A stretch of 64,000 nucleotides of DNA from Malacoraja senta (Eukaryota): NCBI GenBank assembly GCA_038087875.1, contig CM075992.1:6946001-7010000 (forward strand), in the 5' to 3' direction. Below, one piece after another: positions 1 through 13,278 of the stretch. Under the pieces are notes generated by a model. It was not told where the DNA came from, did not search any database, and worked only from the letters and a program-made list of their open reading frames with translations. Within the stretch, counting starts at the first letter, position 1. Each line of letters starts with the position of its first letter. Position numbers and translations under genes: made by a program.

Positions 1-262
1 TCCACAGATTCATAACCCTCTCGCTAAAGAAATTCCTCCTCATCTCCATTTTGAAGGTACGTTCTTTTACTCTGAGGCTGTGTCCTCTGGTACAAGACTC
101 TCCCTTTACTGGAAATATCCTTTCCACGTTCATTCTATCCAGGCCTTTCCTTATCCTATAGGTTTCAAAGATATCCCCCCTCACCCATCGGGAGGGTTTG
201 CGGTTATTAATCTTTTGACATTATTGTTTATTATATATTATCTATGTGTATTGTGTTTATAA

Positions 263-512
263 GCGGCATGGTGGCGCAGCGGTAGAGTTGCTGCCTTACA
301 GCACCAGAGACCCGGGTTTCTCCCTGTGACCACGTGGGTTTTCTCCGGGTGCTCCGGTTCCCCCCTACATTGCAAAGACATACAGGTTTGCAGGCTAATT
401 GGCTTCTGCAAATTGTCCTTAATGTGTAGGATAGTTCTAGTGTATGGGGTGATCGGTGGCCAGCATGGACTCGATGGGCTGAAGGGCCTTATCTCTAAAA
501 GGCTAAAAGTAA
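263..512 (+). mobile_element. tRNA-derived SINE (HE1/V-SINE-like), internally deleted
   Basis: A-box-like GGTGGCGCAGCGG head, GGTTTTCTCCGGGTGCTCCGGTT V-domain-like core, 3' tail TATCTCTAAA shared with CR1 3' ends. Confidence 0.8.
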
Positions 513-748
513 AGTCTGTTAAGCTGCTGCAAGAATGTCATTGTTTTGTTGTCTGTCCATGCAACAATTAAACACTCTTGCCTTTTATTTCAAAAGAGCC
601 CTGGCAATGTGCAATAAAGGGGAAGGCTTTGTTAGGGGCATCCCAACAATGGGCCATTGTCTACCCCGTTCCTGCTCTTTCCCCATATCCCTTGATTCCT
701 TTACCCCTAAGAGCAAAATCTCTTTACCCCTAAGAGCTAAACCCCTAA

Positions 749-1084
749 AGGGCCTGTCCCACTGCACGAGGTAATTCAAGAGTTCTCCCAAGTTCTCCCC
801 TGATTCGAGCTCGTGTAATGTACGTAGCAGGTACGTAGGGGCTCGTACGAGTAAAAAGTTTTTTTTAATTTCATCACGAGTATTTTTTTACTCGTGGACA
901 TTTTTCAGAGTGTTCAAAAAACATCACGAGTTTACCGGATTTCCCGAGTACCTACCGTTACTCGTACGAGCCGCTATAGGACATCCACGAGCTCCTACAT
1001 ACCCGCTACGTACATTACACGAGCACGAATCAGGGGAGAACTCGGGAGAGCTCCTGAATTACCTCGTACAGTGGGACAGGCCCT
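749..1084. mobile_element. MITE family A (PIF/Harbinger-like non-autonomous DNA transposon)
   Basis: About 90 bp imperfect TIRs AGGGCCTGTCCCACTG...CAGTGGGACAGGCCCT. TAA on both sides (746-748, 1085-1087). Inserted in a CR1 3' region whose empty site CCCTAACTCTCTCTTG is visible in the CR1 copy near 11430 (reverse strand). Confidence 0.85.
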
Positions 1085-1087
1085 TAA

Positions 1088-1560
1088 CTCTCTCTTGCAA
1101 ACATCCAGTGAATTGGCTTCCACTGCCTTCTGCGGCAGAGAAATCTACAGATTCACAACTCTCTGGGAGAAAACGTTTTTTCTCATCTCCCAACATCGGG
1201 AACATTTTTCCTGCATCTAGCCTGTCCAATCCTTTAAGAATGTTATATGTTTCTATAAGATCCCCTCTCATCCTAAATTCCAGTGAATACAAGCCCAGTC
1301 GACCCATTCTTTCATCATATCTCAGTCCCGCCATCCTGGGAATTAACCTGGTGAACCTACGCTGCACTCCCTCAATAGCAATAATGTCCTTCCTCAAATT
1401 AGGAGACCAAAACTGCACACAAAACTCCAGATGCGTCTCACCAGGGCCCTGTACAACTGCAGTAGGACCTCCTTGCTCCAAAACTCAAATCCTCTCGCAA
1501 TGAAGGCCAACATGCCATTAGCTTTCTTCACTGCCTGCTGTACCTGCATGCTTACTTTCT
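1088..1560 (-). mobile_element. CR1 (HER1-like) LINE 3' fragment, RT C-terminal region
   Basis: Minus [40 protein letters not shown]...LGLYSLEFR, typical CR1 ORF2 C-terminus; continues left of the MITE. Confidence 0.9.
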
Positions 1561-1599
1561 TTTGTTCTGGCCTATTCTTGCCGCCACCTCACCCTCCAT

Positions 1600-1890
1600 C
1601 TTTCAGTCTGAAGAAGGGTTCCAACCTGAAAGGTCACCCTTCCATAGAGAGACACAACCAGCTGGAGTAACTCAGCAAGTCAGGCAGCATCTCTGGAGAA
1701 AAGGAATTGGCGACGTTTCGGGACAAGACCCTTCTTCGGACTGAGAGTCAGAGGAGAGGGAAACGAGATATATGAAAAGGTACGTGGAGCAAATGAATGA
1801 AAGGTATGTAAAAGGACAAATCAATGTCAGCACCTATCCATATTCTCCAGAGATGCTGCCTGACCCGTTGAGTTCCTCCAGCATTTTATG
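1600..1890. mobile_element. Cluster of Penelope-derived short elements in both orientations, with degenerate hammerhead motifs
   Basis: CTGAAGAAGGG at 1608, GCTGGAGTAACTCAGC...GACGTTTCGGG at about 1660-1745, reverse copy at about 1845-1890. Confidence 0.7.
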
Positions 1891-2050
1891 TAAGAAGGCG
1901 TGGCTGGAGGGCGATCCTAAAAACACGGCGATGCTAACAAGCTGTATCAACAAAGTGTGTAGACCTTCAGAAATGCACACTCCCTGAAGCACACACATAC
2001 TGGCTTCGAAACAAAATACCCGCCACACACACAGATCTCCGAGTGTGTGG

Positions 2051-2190
2051 CACACAGACATACACACTCACACACACATACACACTCACACACACATACA
2101 CACTCACTCACACATACACACTCACACATACACACTCACTCACACATACACACTCACACACACATACACTCACACACACACATACACACT

Positions 2191-2225
<35 letters not shown>

Positions 2226-2715
2226 TCACACACACACACACACATACACACACACACACACACACACATACACACTCACACACACACACACACACACTCA
2301 CACACACACACACACTCACACACACACACACACACTCACACACACATACACACTCACACACACACATACACACACACACATACACACACACACATACACA
2401 CTCACACACACATACACACTCACACACACATACACTCACTCACACATGCACACATTCTCACACACATTCTCACACACATACACACTCACACACACAGACA
2501 CACACTCACACACACACAAACTCACACGCACGCACACACACACACAAACGTACGCTCACTCACACATGCACACACACACATGCACACCCACTCACTCCCA
2601 CACAGACACACACTCACACATGCATGCATGCACACACACTCACACACACTCTCACACACACTCACTCTCTCTCACACACACACACACACAACACACTATC
2701 TCACACACACACACC
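2051..2715. repeat. Degenerate (CA)n microsatellite with CATA/CTCA interruptions
   Basis: Direct reading; source of the spurious HT/CV ORFs. Confidence 0.95.
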
Positions 2716-4386
2716 TAAGAAATAAAAGTTCCCGCAAATCAGCATCCTCAGAACACAGACGTGAAGCGGTGAAGAACTAGTCACAGGGAGCCTCGTTGAA
2801 AAGCTCCGGTCCACAGAAGCACAAAAGCCATCCCCAAGAAACACAATTCCTTTGAAATGTAGGAGGAGAGGAACGCAGGCGCTTGGTAATGTGTACACAA
2901 CGTCAGACGTGATGCCTCGCAAACACAGACCCTCCACGGCATCTCAGTCACATCTCTGTTCAACCTTAACCAGGCTTCGAGTCTAACAGCCGCCCACTCC
3001 CCGCCTCTCTGTGTGGGCAGCTGACAACCCAGCCGTATGAATATTGACTTCTCTAATTTCAAGTAACCCTAGCTTTCCCTCTCCCCCATCCCTCCCCCAT
3101 CCTAATTATCCGACCAGTCTGACCGTCCCCGTTTAAATTCTCGCCTCGTTGTCTCAATGAATTTTCCTTGAGCCTCATCCCCTTTGATAACCCGCTTTCA
3201 CACCTTACCCTTCCTTATCTCTGTGTCTCCCTCTCTCCCCTGACTCTCAGTCTGGTCTCGACCCGAAACGTCACCCATTCCTTCGCTCCAGGGAGGCTGC
3301 CTGGCCCGCTGAGTTACTCCAGCACTTTGTGTGTCTAACTCTCTGGATATAAACACTTCTTCCACACACACACTGCAGCCCCAGAGGGAAGTGGATGCTG
3401 CCTGTGGTTCACAGTGCAATAAATCAACGAAGAACGAGGAAAGCGCTGCTCATTACCTTGTTTCTGCAGAAGCTCGTCCTCTCTGGATGATTAATGGGAC
3501 CCAGACAATCTCAGATTATGTCTTTGTGTCAGACCTCTCCGAACTCTGACTCACGCCTTTGGAGAGCCTGACTCACATTTGCTTGAAACCACACCAGAGA
3601 GGAAAAGTATTCCAAGATAGACACAAAATGCTGGAGTAACTCAGCGGGACCGGGCAGCATCTCTGGAGAGAAGGGATGGGTGACGTTTCTGGCTCGAGGC
3701 CCTTCTTCAGACTGAGAGGCAGGGGAGAGGGAGACACAGAGATATAGGTATGAAAACCAGACATCAAAGGGTTCAGAGCTCAAGGAGCTCATTGTAGAAT
3801 AGATCACTGTGAGATTGGGGAAGGTGACAACTCATTTATTTACCTCTTCCCGATGTTTAGACGGGCACATGGATATGCAGGGAGAGGAGGGCAGAGAGCA
3901 GTCCTGAACTACTTTCTCCTTATTGGTGACCCTCGGACTATCTTTGATCAGACTTTACCTTGCACTAAACGTTATTCCCTTATCATGTATCTGTACACTG
4001 TGAAACTGTGCACTGTAAAAACAGAGAACGCTGGAATTACTCAGCAGGTCAATCATCTTTGGAAAGGAAAATAGTGATAAGGTTTCACTATAATGAAACT
4101 CAGAAGTATCAGAAAATTTCTGAGATTTCTCCATTTCTGATGAAAGAAATGTAAAAATGTTTTAATTAATGTCAACGGATGGTGAATATTGGCTGCGGTG
4201 TTTTTCCAGGCCCTTGGGATATGTTGCTGAGGGGGTGTTTCAGATATGTGCTCCAGAGAGGGAATTAAAACATAGAACTGAGAGGCACAAGAACAGGCCC
4301 TTCGGCCCACAATGTCTGTGCCGAACATGATGTCAAGACCCTCACTTGCTACCTGTACATGACCCATATCCTGGAAGGCATGTGCC

Positions 4387-4682
4387 TGGCGCAGCGGTAG
4401 AGCTACTGCCTCACAGCGCCAGAGACCCGGGTTCAATCCTGACTGCAGGTGCTGTCAGTACGGAATTTGTACCTTCTCCCCGTGACCTGCGTGGGTTTGC
4501 TCCGAGATCTTTGGTTTCTTCCAACCCTCTAAAGACGGACAGGTTTGTCGGTTAATTGTCTTGGTATAAAATGGAAAATTGTCCCTAGTGTGTAGGGTAG
4601 TGCTAATGTGCGGGGATCGCTGGTCGGTGCGGACTCGGTGGGCCGAAGGGCCTGTTTCCGCGCTGTATTTCTAAATCTAAAA
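4387..4682 (+). mobile_element. tRNA-derived SINE (HE1/V-SINE-like), near full length
   Basis: TGGCGCAGCGG A-box, GGTTCAATCC B-box, conserved core, GGGCCGAAGGGCCTGTTTCC tail. Confidence 0.9.
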
Positions 4683-5034
4683 TATCCCTCTGTTCTTTAC
4701 ATATCCATATGCTTATCCAACAATCTTTGAAATGCCACTATCGTATCTGCTTCAACTACGACCCACAGCAGTGTGTTCCAGATACCCACCACCCTCTGTG
4801 TAAAAACATTGTGCCCCGCCAGACCACCTTAAATTGTGCCCCTCTCATCTTTACACTACTGTATGCCCCACGGTATTTGGTTTTTCCCTCCTGGGTATAA
4901 AGGTTCTGACTGTCTACCCCATCTATGCCCCTCATAATTTTATATGCTTCTATCGGAAATTGGTGTCCTGCTTAAAGTCTCACCAGAGCAAAATGTGTCT
5001 CCAGCATCACGGCACTCTCTCCACGAGGCTCTGA

Positions 5035-5290
5035 ATAGACAATAGACAATAGGTGCAGAAGTAGGCCATTCTGCCCTTCGAGCCAGCACCGTCATTCAAT
5101 GTGATCACGGCTGATCACCCACAATCAGAACCCCGTTCCTGCCTTCTCCCCATATCCCCTGACTCCGCTATCTTTAAGGGCCCTATCTAGCTCTCTCTTG
5201 AAAGTGTCCAGAGAACCGGCCTCCACCGCCCTCTGAGGCAGAGAATTCTACACTCACAACTCTCTGTGTGAAAAAAGTTTTTTCTCGTCT
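5035..5290 (-). mobile_element. CR1 LINE 3' end with (ATAGACA)n tail
   Basis: Matches the 3' UTR of the longer CR1 copies at 21485-21990 and 50200-50540. Confidence 0.85.
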
Positions 5291-5294
5291 CAGG

Positions 5295-5640
5295 TTTTGT
5301 GCTCAGGTCTTCCTGATGTGGGACTTGATCTCACAACCTTCTGCTGTCGGAAGGGCTGCCAAATGAGCCACTTGATATAGTTGTCGATGAGTAATAAATC
5401 CTCTCCAGGAGAGACTCCCCTTGCTTCCATGAGGTGTCCTGGGATTTACCTTGAGAAGGCCTCACTTTAAAAAAAATATTATCTCGATGCGTCACTCGAA
5501 AGATGACACCACCAGACCAGCAGTGCTTCAGAAGTAACCCCTCAGGCTTATCTCTGCCAAGGCTCTGGGATAAGGATTCAACATTGATTGCTCACTATGT
5601 TCTGAGAAAGTGTTGCAGGCAAAGACTCTCACACCACTTC
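5295..5640 (-). mobile_element. Old, degraded DeuSINE/SacSINE1-like remnants
   Basis: GTGGGACTTGATCTCACAACCTTCTG...TGAGCCA resembles a reverse tRNA head of shark DeuSINEs. Similar remnants at about 15620-15715, 16800-16835 and 18100-18130. Recognised from memory only. Confidence 0.4.
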
Positions 5641-5756
5641 TGAGCATGAAATATGAGCAGGAAGGGTTCTGTGGGATATGGGCCAAATGCAGGCAAATGG
5701 GATCAGGCCAGAATACCAACTTGGTCAGCGTGGACAAGCTCTCTTTTTTAAAATAT

Positions 5757-6053
5757 AGTTTAGTGTAGAGATACAGTGCAGAAATAGGCACTTGACCCAC
5801 TGAGACCGCACCGCCAAACCATCCTCACACACTAACACTATTCTTACACAATTTACAATCATACCAAGTCAATTAACCTACAAACCTGTAGGTCTTTGGA
5901 TTGAGGAGGGAATTTGAAGATCTCTCCTGGAGAAAACCCATCGCAGGTCACGGGGAGAAGGTACAACTCCATACAGACGGCACCCGTAGTCACGATCAAA
6001 CCCAGGTCTCTGGCGCTGTAAGGCAGCAACTCTACCGCTGCGCCACCATACCA
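5757..6053 (-). mobile_element. tRNA-derived SINE (HE1/V-SINE-like)
   Basis: Reverse complement of the same consensus. Confidence 0.85.
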
Positions 6054-6531
6054 CCCTTATGTTCCTTGTTTATAAGAATTTAAGCTGCTCATGTTTTTTT
6101 TCAGGAAACATGGAATAGTAATACCAATTTCTTGGCTTGGGTATTAGTTCCGAATCATCAAGTGTGGAAGCGTATCTTGTTTACTCCCGTTATAAACACT
6201 TACAAAAATAGGCAAGGCTTAAAGAAAGACTAGACACTGAAAGAGGGTGACACTAGAGACAGCAGATGCTGGGATCTTGACCAAAAAGGAACTCAGACAT
6301 TCAGGTCTGAAGAATGTCCCAATCTGAACAGCCTCCTGTCCATTTCCCTCCACAGACACTGTAAAAGGATCATTAACACACTAATAGGATTATATGCTGC
6401 AGCAAATCTCAACAGTGATCACTGAAGCTGGAATGTTTAAGAAAGAACAGCAGATGCTGGAAAAATCGAAGTTAGACAAAAATGCTGGAGAAACTCAGCG
6501 GGTGAGGCAGCATCTATGGAGCGAAGGAATA

Positions 6532-6564
6532 GGTGACGTTTCGGGTCGAGACCCTTCTTCAGAC
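6532..6564 (-). ncRNA. Minimal hammerhead ribozyme motif in a Penelope-derived element (element about 6436-6565)
   Basis: Minus strand GT-CTGAAGA-A-GGGTC-TC-GACCC-GAAAC-GTC-ACC: CUGANGA and GAAA boxes, stem II and a GUC cleavage triplet. Confidence 0.75.
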
Positions 6565-6643
6565 AAATCAGAATAATCATTGAAGGTTCTTTTGAGAGGC
6601 CCCAGGGTGAAGATTTTGCATTATCGGGGGGGGGGGGGGGGGG

Positions 6644-6941
6644 GGGCACAGTGGCGCAGCGGTAGAGTTGACACCATTACAGCGCCAGAGACCCGGGTTC
6701 GATCCTGACTGCGGGTGCTGTCTGTACAGAGTTTGTACGTTGATCCCGTGGGTTTCTCTGGGTGCTCCAGTTTCCTCCCACACTCCAAAGATGTACAGGT
6801 TTGTAAGTTAATTGGCTTCAGTTAGTTGTAAATTTGTCCCTAGGTGTGTGTAGATTAGTGTGATCGCTGGTCGGCGCAGACTCGTTGCGCCAAAGGGTCT
6901 GTTTCCGTGCTGTATCTCTAAAGTCTAACGTCTAAAGTCTA
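6644..6941 (+). mobile_element. tRNA-derived SINE (HE1/V-SINE-like)
   Basis: A/B boxes (GGTTCGATCC), core and tail. Confidence 0.88.
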
Positions 6942-7464
6942 GCCTGATGTTGCTTTGCATAGAGCATGTTCGATGGGTTTTAATTTCTCATTCTCTATGT
7001 TCAGGATTGCTGACTCCCCTTGGAAGGGGGTGTGAAAGGCCTACATTCCTAACGTGTTGTTGTTAGGCAGTCAATCAAGGCCTACGTGTCGCTGCCAAGC
7101 ATTGAGGCTCAACCTCTTTGATGCTTGTGATGTGTTCTTGGCATCTCACAGAACGAGTACAAAAATCTCCAACCCAAACTGGCCTCACAGAAACACCGAT
7201 AACAAACATCAAGAAAAAAGACACAAAGTGCTGGAGTACTTCAGCGGGCCAGGTGCGGGTGCATCTCTGGAGGACGTGGAGAGGTGATGTTTCAGGTCGG
7301 CACCCTTCTTGAGCCGAAACGTCACCGATCCATGTTCTCCAGAGATGCAGCCTGACCCACTGAGGCACTCCAGCACTTGGGTCTTTGTTAAGTAGCCCAG
7401 ACCTACCCTGGGAGTTGGATGCTTGTCCACCTCACTTGAAGCGAATGGACTCATCTGGATGATG

Positions 7465-7760
7465 ACCGGAAATTGGAGGAGCAGCACCTCATATTCCGCT
7501 TGGGCAGTCTGCACCCTAGCGGCATGAACATTGACCTCCAATTTCCGGTAGCCCTTGCTGTCTCCTCCCCTTCTCAGCTGTCCCTCAGCCCTTGGGCTCC
7601 TCCTCTTCCTTTCTCCTTTCTTCTCCCCCGCCCCCCCCCCCCCCCCCCCCCATCCTACATCAGTCTGAAGAAGGATTTTGGCCCAAAATGTTGCCTATTT
7701 CCTTCGCTCCATAGATGCTGCTGCACCCGCTGAGTTTCTCCAGCACTTTTGTCTACCTCT
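7465..7760 (+). mobile_element. Penelope-like element 3' fragment (GIY-YIG C-terminus, 3' UTR, degenerate hammerhead)
   Basis: EQHLIFRLGSLHPSGMNID matches the C-terminus of the 22560-22835 ORF; followed by CAGTCTGAAGAAGG... Confidence 0.8.
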
Positions 7761-7833
7761 GGATGATGAACATGTAGGGGTGTTAGCTGAACATTGGAGT
7801 GTTCTGATGCCAACCAAACTTATTTAACCAAGG

Positions 7834-7926
7834 TACACAAAAATGCTGGAGAAACTCAGCGGGTGCAGCAGCATCTATGGAGCGAAGGAAATAGGTAATG
7901 TTTCGGGCCGAAACCCTTCTTCAGAC
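7834..7926 (-). mobile_element. Short Penelope-derived element with hammerhead motif and 11 bp TSD
   Basis: TTTAACCAAGG at 7823-7833 and 7927-7937. Confidence 0.8.
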
Positions 7927-8399
7927 TTTAACCAAGGCATGGTTTGGTAGACAAAAATGCTGGAGAAACTCAGGGGGTGAGGCAGCATCTATCCTTTGCT
8001 CCATAGATGCTGCCTCACCCGCTGAGTTTCTCCAGGATTTTTGTCTACCTTTGATTTTCCAGCATCTGCAGTTCCTTCTTAAACACAGTTTGGTTTGGTT
8101 TATTGTCACGTGTACCGAGGTACAGTGAAAATTGGATGCTGTTTATAAACAGCAGAAACAGTCAAGGAACATAGAGTAATACAGCACGGAAACAGGCCCT
8201 TCAGCCCAACTTTCTCATGATGTCAACCAAGATGCCCCATCTACTCTAGTCCCACCCGCCCATGCTTGGCCCATATTCCTCTGTAAGGCTTCAACTCTAC
8301 CGCTGCGCCACCCTGCCTCCCTGATCTGGCTCAGTGGGAGGTAGAAGGACGGCACGCTGGCAGCCGTTTGTCAACAGTCAGTCCCCCTTCCTGCATTTG

Positions 8400-9025
8400 A
8401 AACATAGAAAATAGGTGCAGGAGTAGGCCATTCGGCCCTTCGAGCCTGCACCGCCATTCAATATGATCATGGCTGATCATCCAACTCAGTATCCTGGACC
8501 TGCCTTCTCTCCATACCCCTGATCCCTTTAGCCACAAGGGCCACATCTAACTCCCTCTTAAATATAGCCAATGAACTGGCCTCAACTACTTTCTGTGGCA
8601 GAGAATTCTACAGATTCACCACTCTCTGTGTGAATTTTTTTTCTCATCTCGGTCCTAAAAGACTTCCCCCTTTATCCTTAAACTGTGACCCCTTGCTCTG
8701 GACTTCCCCAACATTGGGAACAATCTTCCTGCATCTAGCCTGTCCAACCCCTTAAGAATTTTGTAAGTTTCTATAAGATCCCCCCTCAATCTTCTATATT
8801 CTAGCGAGTACAAGCCGAGCCTATCCAGTCTTTCTTCATATGAAAGTCCTGCCATCCCAGGCATCAGTCTGGTGAACCTTCTCTGTACTCCCTCTATGGC
8901 AAGAATGTATTTCCTCAGATTAGGAGACCAAAACTGTACACAATACTCCAGGTGTGGTCTCACCAAGGCCCTGTACAACTGCAGTAGAACCTCCCTGCTC
9001 CTATACTCAAATCCTTTTGCTATGA
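8400..9025 (-). mobile_element. CR1 LINE 3' fragment
   Basis: [25 protein letters not shown]...LGLYSLEYRRLRGDLIETYKIL plus 3' UTR ending TTTCTATGTTTC. Confidence 0.92.
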
Positions 9026-9507
9026 AGCCAGGTTTGCTGCAGTGAATGTAACTAGTTTGACGTATTCCCTCTGCGTGGTGGGACCCACAAATGCAATCAG
9101 AGGAACAGCCGGGAGAATGGACAGGAAAGGCTTGGTCCGCTGCTCAAGGAGTTATTTCCTGAATGAGATCCCCCGGAGACCCTCGCATCCCAGCGGATTC
9201 ACAACAAGAGGAGCAACTTTCCAAATTGTTATTTTTAAAACAAATTCCTGTGCTTTCGTTGCAAGTTCTTGAAACAAGTGCCAGGAGTTGAGCACGTTTC
9301 ACCGGCGTGACTGTATCCAGTCCGATGGTTCAACTGATCACCAGCTCCTCCCCACTCCCACCATCCCGCCCCACTGAGCATTTTTATTCTCCCATCTGAG
9401 ATATTTTTAGAACAAGTTACGACCAGAAAAGAAGCACACAAAATATTCTGTAAAACCTCCTTCTTTTTCACTCTCCAGAGTTTGTGACATTTTGGGGAGA
9501 TTTCATG

Positions 9508-9780
9508 ATGGCGCAGCGGTAGAGTTGCTGCCTTACAGCGCCAGAGACCTGGGTTCGATCCTGACCACGGGTGCTGTTTGTACGTTTTCCCCGTGAACTG
9601 TCTGGGTTTTCTCCGGGTGCTCGGGTTTCTTCCCACACTCCAAAGAAGTACAGGTTAGGGGGTTAATTGGCTTCTGTAAATTGCAAACTGTCCCTAGTGT
9701 GTAGGATAGCACTAGTGTGATCGATGGTCGGTGGGCCAAAAGGCCTGTTTCGCGCTGTATCTCTAAAGTCTAAACTAAAG
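9508..9780 (+). mobile_element. tRNA-derived SINE (HE1/V-SINE-like)
   Basis: Same consensus. Confidence 0.88.
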
Positions 9781-9971
9781 AGCCAGACCAGCTGACCGTC
9801 CAGGATAGGGGCACGGACCAGACTTAACCCCCACCCCCACATCTCGGCTTCTGTGCTGCCCAGAGACGGGAGTGCCGGCAGACACACTGAGGTGTGGTCG
9901 CGAATGTGAACAGGTCCCATCTGTAGGGAGATCCCACATGGATCAAGTGACATGCTTCAAGTACATCCTCA

Positions 9972-10106
9972 GATAGACACAACAAGCTGGAGTAACCCAG
10001 CGGGACAGGCAGCATCTCTGGAGAGAAGGAATGGGTGACGTTTCGGGTCGAGACTCCTCGTCAGTCCATCTTCGGTTTTAACAAGCATCTGCAGTTCCTT
10101 CCTGCA
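9972..10106. mobile_element. Penelope-derived short element with inverted tail and 14 bp TSD
   Basis: CAAGTACATCCTCA at 9958-9971 and 10107-10120. Confidence 0.8.
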
Positions 10107-10633
10107 CAAGTACATCCTCATGTTTGGTTGATCGAAATTGATTGAAAGATACAGCATGGAAACAGCCCCCTTAGGCCCATCGAATACACGTCGACCATCC
10201 ATCACCCATTCACACTAACTAGTTCTATGTCATTTTCTTAACAGTCGATGGTTTTATCCTGTGATGGAGACAGTGCGGTCAAGAAAGGGGAGGGTGGTGT
10301 GTGAGATAGACTGGGTGAATTTGATTTTACCAGATCGATGCCTCGATTAGCAGGGTATCAGCTGCAGGAAGAAGTTGGGCAGACCTGGGATGTTTTCTCT
10401 GGAAAGCTGGATGCCAGAAGTTGAGAGATGTCCCGATAGAAGTGTATAAAATCAATACGGTGGACAGTCAGAACCTTTTACCAAAGGGTGGAAATGTCAA
10501 AGACTAGAGTGTATTACTTTCAGGCGAGAGGGGCAAGATTTAAAGGACCAGTGCAGGGCAAGATTTTCTTTACACAGAAAGTGGTGGGTGCCTGGAACAC
10601 ACTGCCGAGGGTAGTGGTGGAGGCAGATACGAT

Positions 10634-10936
10634 AGTTTAATTTAGTTTAGATACAGTGAGGAAACAGGCACTTTTTGGCCCACCGAGTCCGCACCAACCA
10701 GCGATCCCCGCACACTAACATTATCCCACACACACTGGGCACTATTTACATTTATACCAGGCCAATTAGCCTACAAACCTGCACATCTTTGGAGTGTGGG
10801 AGGAAATCGAAGATCTCGGAGAAAACCCACGCAGGTCACGGGGAGAACGTACAAATGTCGTACAGACAGCACCTGTGGTCAGGATCGAACCTGGGACTCT
10901 GGCGCTGTAAGGCAGTAGCTCTACCGCTGCGCCATC
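10634..10936 (-). mobile_element. tRNA-derived SINE inserted in an older CR1 fragment (about 10350-11080)
   Basis: Reverse consensus; CR1-like sequence resumes after it. Confidence 0.85.
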
Positions 10937-11244
10937 GGGCCGATAGTGGCTTTTACAGCACATGGATGTGCAGTGAAGGGATGGATCTGGATCAAGTGCA
11001 GGCAGAAGGGATTAGTTTAACTTGGCATCATGTTCGGCCTGGAGATTGTGGGCTGAAGGCCCCATTCCTGTATCGTGCTGTTCCAGAGGGTCTTGAGAAA
11101 ATGAAAAGAGGGTGTGAGTCTGCGGTGCTGAGGGATCGCTCCCACTGATGTTGCCCGGGATCCTGGCAGTAGGTTTCCATAGCTGGCAACAGGCAGCAGG
11201 GCTGGGTGGAACGCAGGAGAAAAACACGCTTCCATTTTGACTGG

Positions 11245-11600
11245 CTGCATGCAGGAAACATGTTCCTGATGTTGGAGGAGTCTAGAACCAGGAGCCACAC
11301 AGATTAAGAATAAGGGCTAGGCCATTTAGGACTGAGATGAGGAGAAACTTTTTCACCCAGAGAGTTGTGAATCTGTGGAATTCTCTGCCACAGAAGGCAG
11401 TGGAGGCCAATTCACTGGACGTTTTCAAGAGAGAGTTAGGGTTAGCTCTTAGGGATAAAACGGAATCAAGGGATATGGGGAGAAAGCAGGAATGGGGTAC
11501 TGATTTTAGATGATCAGCCATGATCATATTGAATGGTGGTGCTGGCTCGAAGGGCCGAATGACCTACTACTATGTTCTATGTTTTCTATGTTCTATTGCT
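11245..11600 (+). mobile_element. CR1 LINE 3' end
   Basis: ATGCAGGAAACATGTTCC...GAATCTGTGGAATTCTCTGCC...(TTCTATG)n tail. Confidence 0.88.
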
Positions 11601-11682
11601 CTGGTGTGAGGTGAGGGAGGCAGGGAGCTGGCAGAGGCAGGGAGCTGGCAGAGGCCGGTGGATATGCATCGCCCGAGCTCAC

Positions 11683-11848
11683 CGTATATGGAATTCATTC
11701 TCAGAGCAAACAAACAGAACATTTTTCCAGAGTCGGCAGGGTGGGTGTTATTCTTCACGGAATCACTGCACGAGAGGCCCAGACAGAGCTCTCTCCCCTC
11801 TGCACGCAGGGACCACAGTGATGGTTAGACACTGGCTCAGGAACATCC
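11683..11848 (-). other. Candidate exon (possible alternative N-terminus MFCLFALRMNSIY, phase 1)
   Basis: Unique sequence. Minus-strand acceptor TTTGTATTCAG|G, donor ACG|GTGAGC, ATG at 11722 with A at -3. No homology recognised. Confidence 0.3.
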
Positions 11849-12969
11849 CTGAATACAAACGTCCTCCACCAACCAATCTCCTCCTCACCCACTCCACCTC
11901 GCCCCCATCTCCACCCTCCCTTCCCCCACATCCCCCCCCCCTCCCCCCCACGCCCCAAAACCTGCATTAATCCAGCTAATGAACCAATTCAGTAAATCAT
12001 AGTGTCACACAGCATGGAAACAGGCCCTTCAGCCCAACTTGTCCACACTGCCCAACACATCACATCGACACTAGTCACACCTGCCTGCATTTGGCCCATA
12101 TGCTTCTAAACCTGTCCTATCCATTTCGTAAACATTGCAGTATTCCCTGCCTCAACTGAACTACCTCCTCTGGCAGCTCGTTCCATACACCCACCACTAC
12201 TTTGTGCAAACATGTTACCTCTCGGGTTCCCAGTAAACGGACATGTTTTTGATTGATTGAAAGATACGGCAGGGAAACAGGCTCTTCGGCCCGTCGAGTC
12301 CATGCTGACCATCCATTACCCGTGCACTCCAGTTCTATGTTATCCCACTTTCTGATCCACTCCCTTCACACTATGATCCTATTATTTCCACTGTCTGCAT
12401 CCTTGTGTCCTTCTCGTTAACACAACTTCCCCAGCCAACAATGGGCCATTATGGGCTCCACCCTTCCTGGAGTCATCTGTTGCCGCCCTTGTTTTGTTCT
12501 GGCCTTATCTATCTTTCAATCTGGAGAAGGGTTCCGACCTGAAACGTCTCCTATTCCTTTCCTCCGGAGATGCTGCCTGGCTCGCTGAGTTATTCCAGCA
12601 TTCTGTGTCTATCTCAGATATAAACCAGCATCTGCAGTTCCTTCCTCCACAGAGAGTATTACCTTATTACCTGTTCGGATTGTGTATGGACCAAGTGCAG
12701 GCTGGTGGGACTAGTGTAGATGGGGCATGTTGGTCAGCGCGGGCAAGTTGAGCTGAAAGTTCTGTTTCCATGCTGTATGATTCTGACAATAAACCATAAA
12801 CTTGCCACGCCAAGACCAAGACTCATTATGGTTCAATCTTGTCACTAATTCCTTTTATGCCTGTACTTTAAATGACAATTACCTTTGAATATTCATTCTC
12901 CAGCTTTGACACTTTGTAACCCGCTTTCTCTAATGGCAAATGGATTTGACCTGCTCTCTCATAGTTTGG

Positions 12970-13278
12970 GGTGGCACGGTGGAGCAGCGATAGAGTTGTA
13001 GCCTTACAGCACTAGAGACCCGGGTTCAATCCTGACTCTGGGTGCTGCCTATACTGGGTTTGTACGTTCTCCCTGTGCCTGCGTGGGTTTACTCCGGGTG
13101 CTCCAGTTTCCTCCCACACTCCAAAGACCTGCAGGTTAATTGGCTTTGGTAATTTGGTCATTGTGAAATTGTCCCTGGACAATTGGTGCTAGTGTACGAG
13201 GTGATCGCTGGTGGGTGCGGACTCGATGGGCCGAATGGCCTGATTCTGCACTGTATCTCTAAACTAAACCAAACTAAA
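12970..13278 (+). mobile_element. tRNA-derived SINE (HE1/V-SINE-like)
   Basis: Same consensus. Confidence 0.88.
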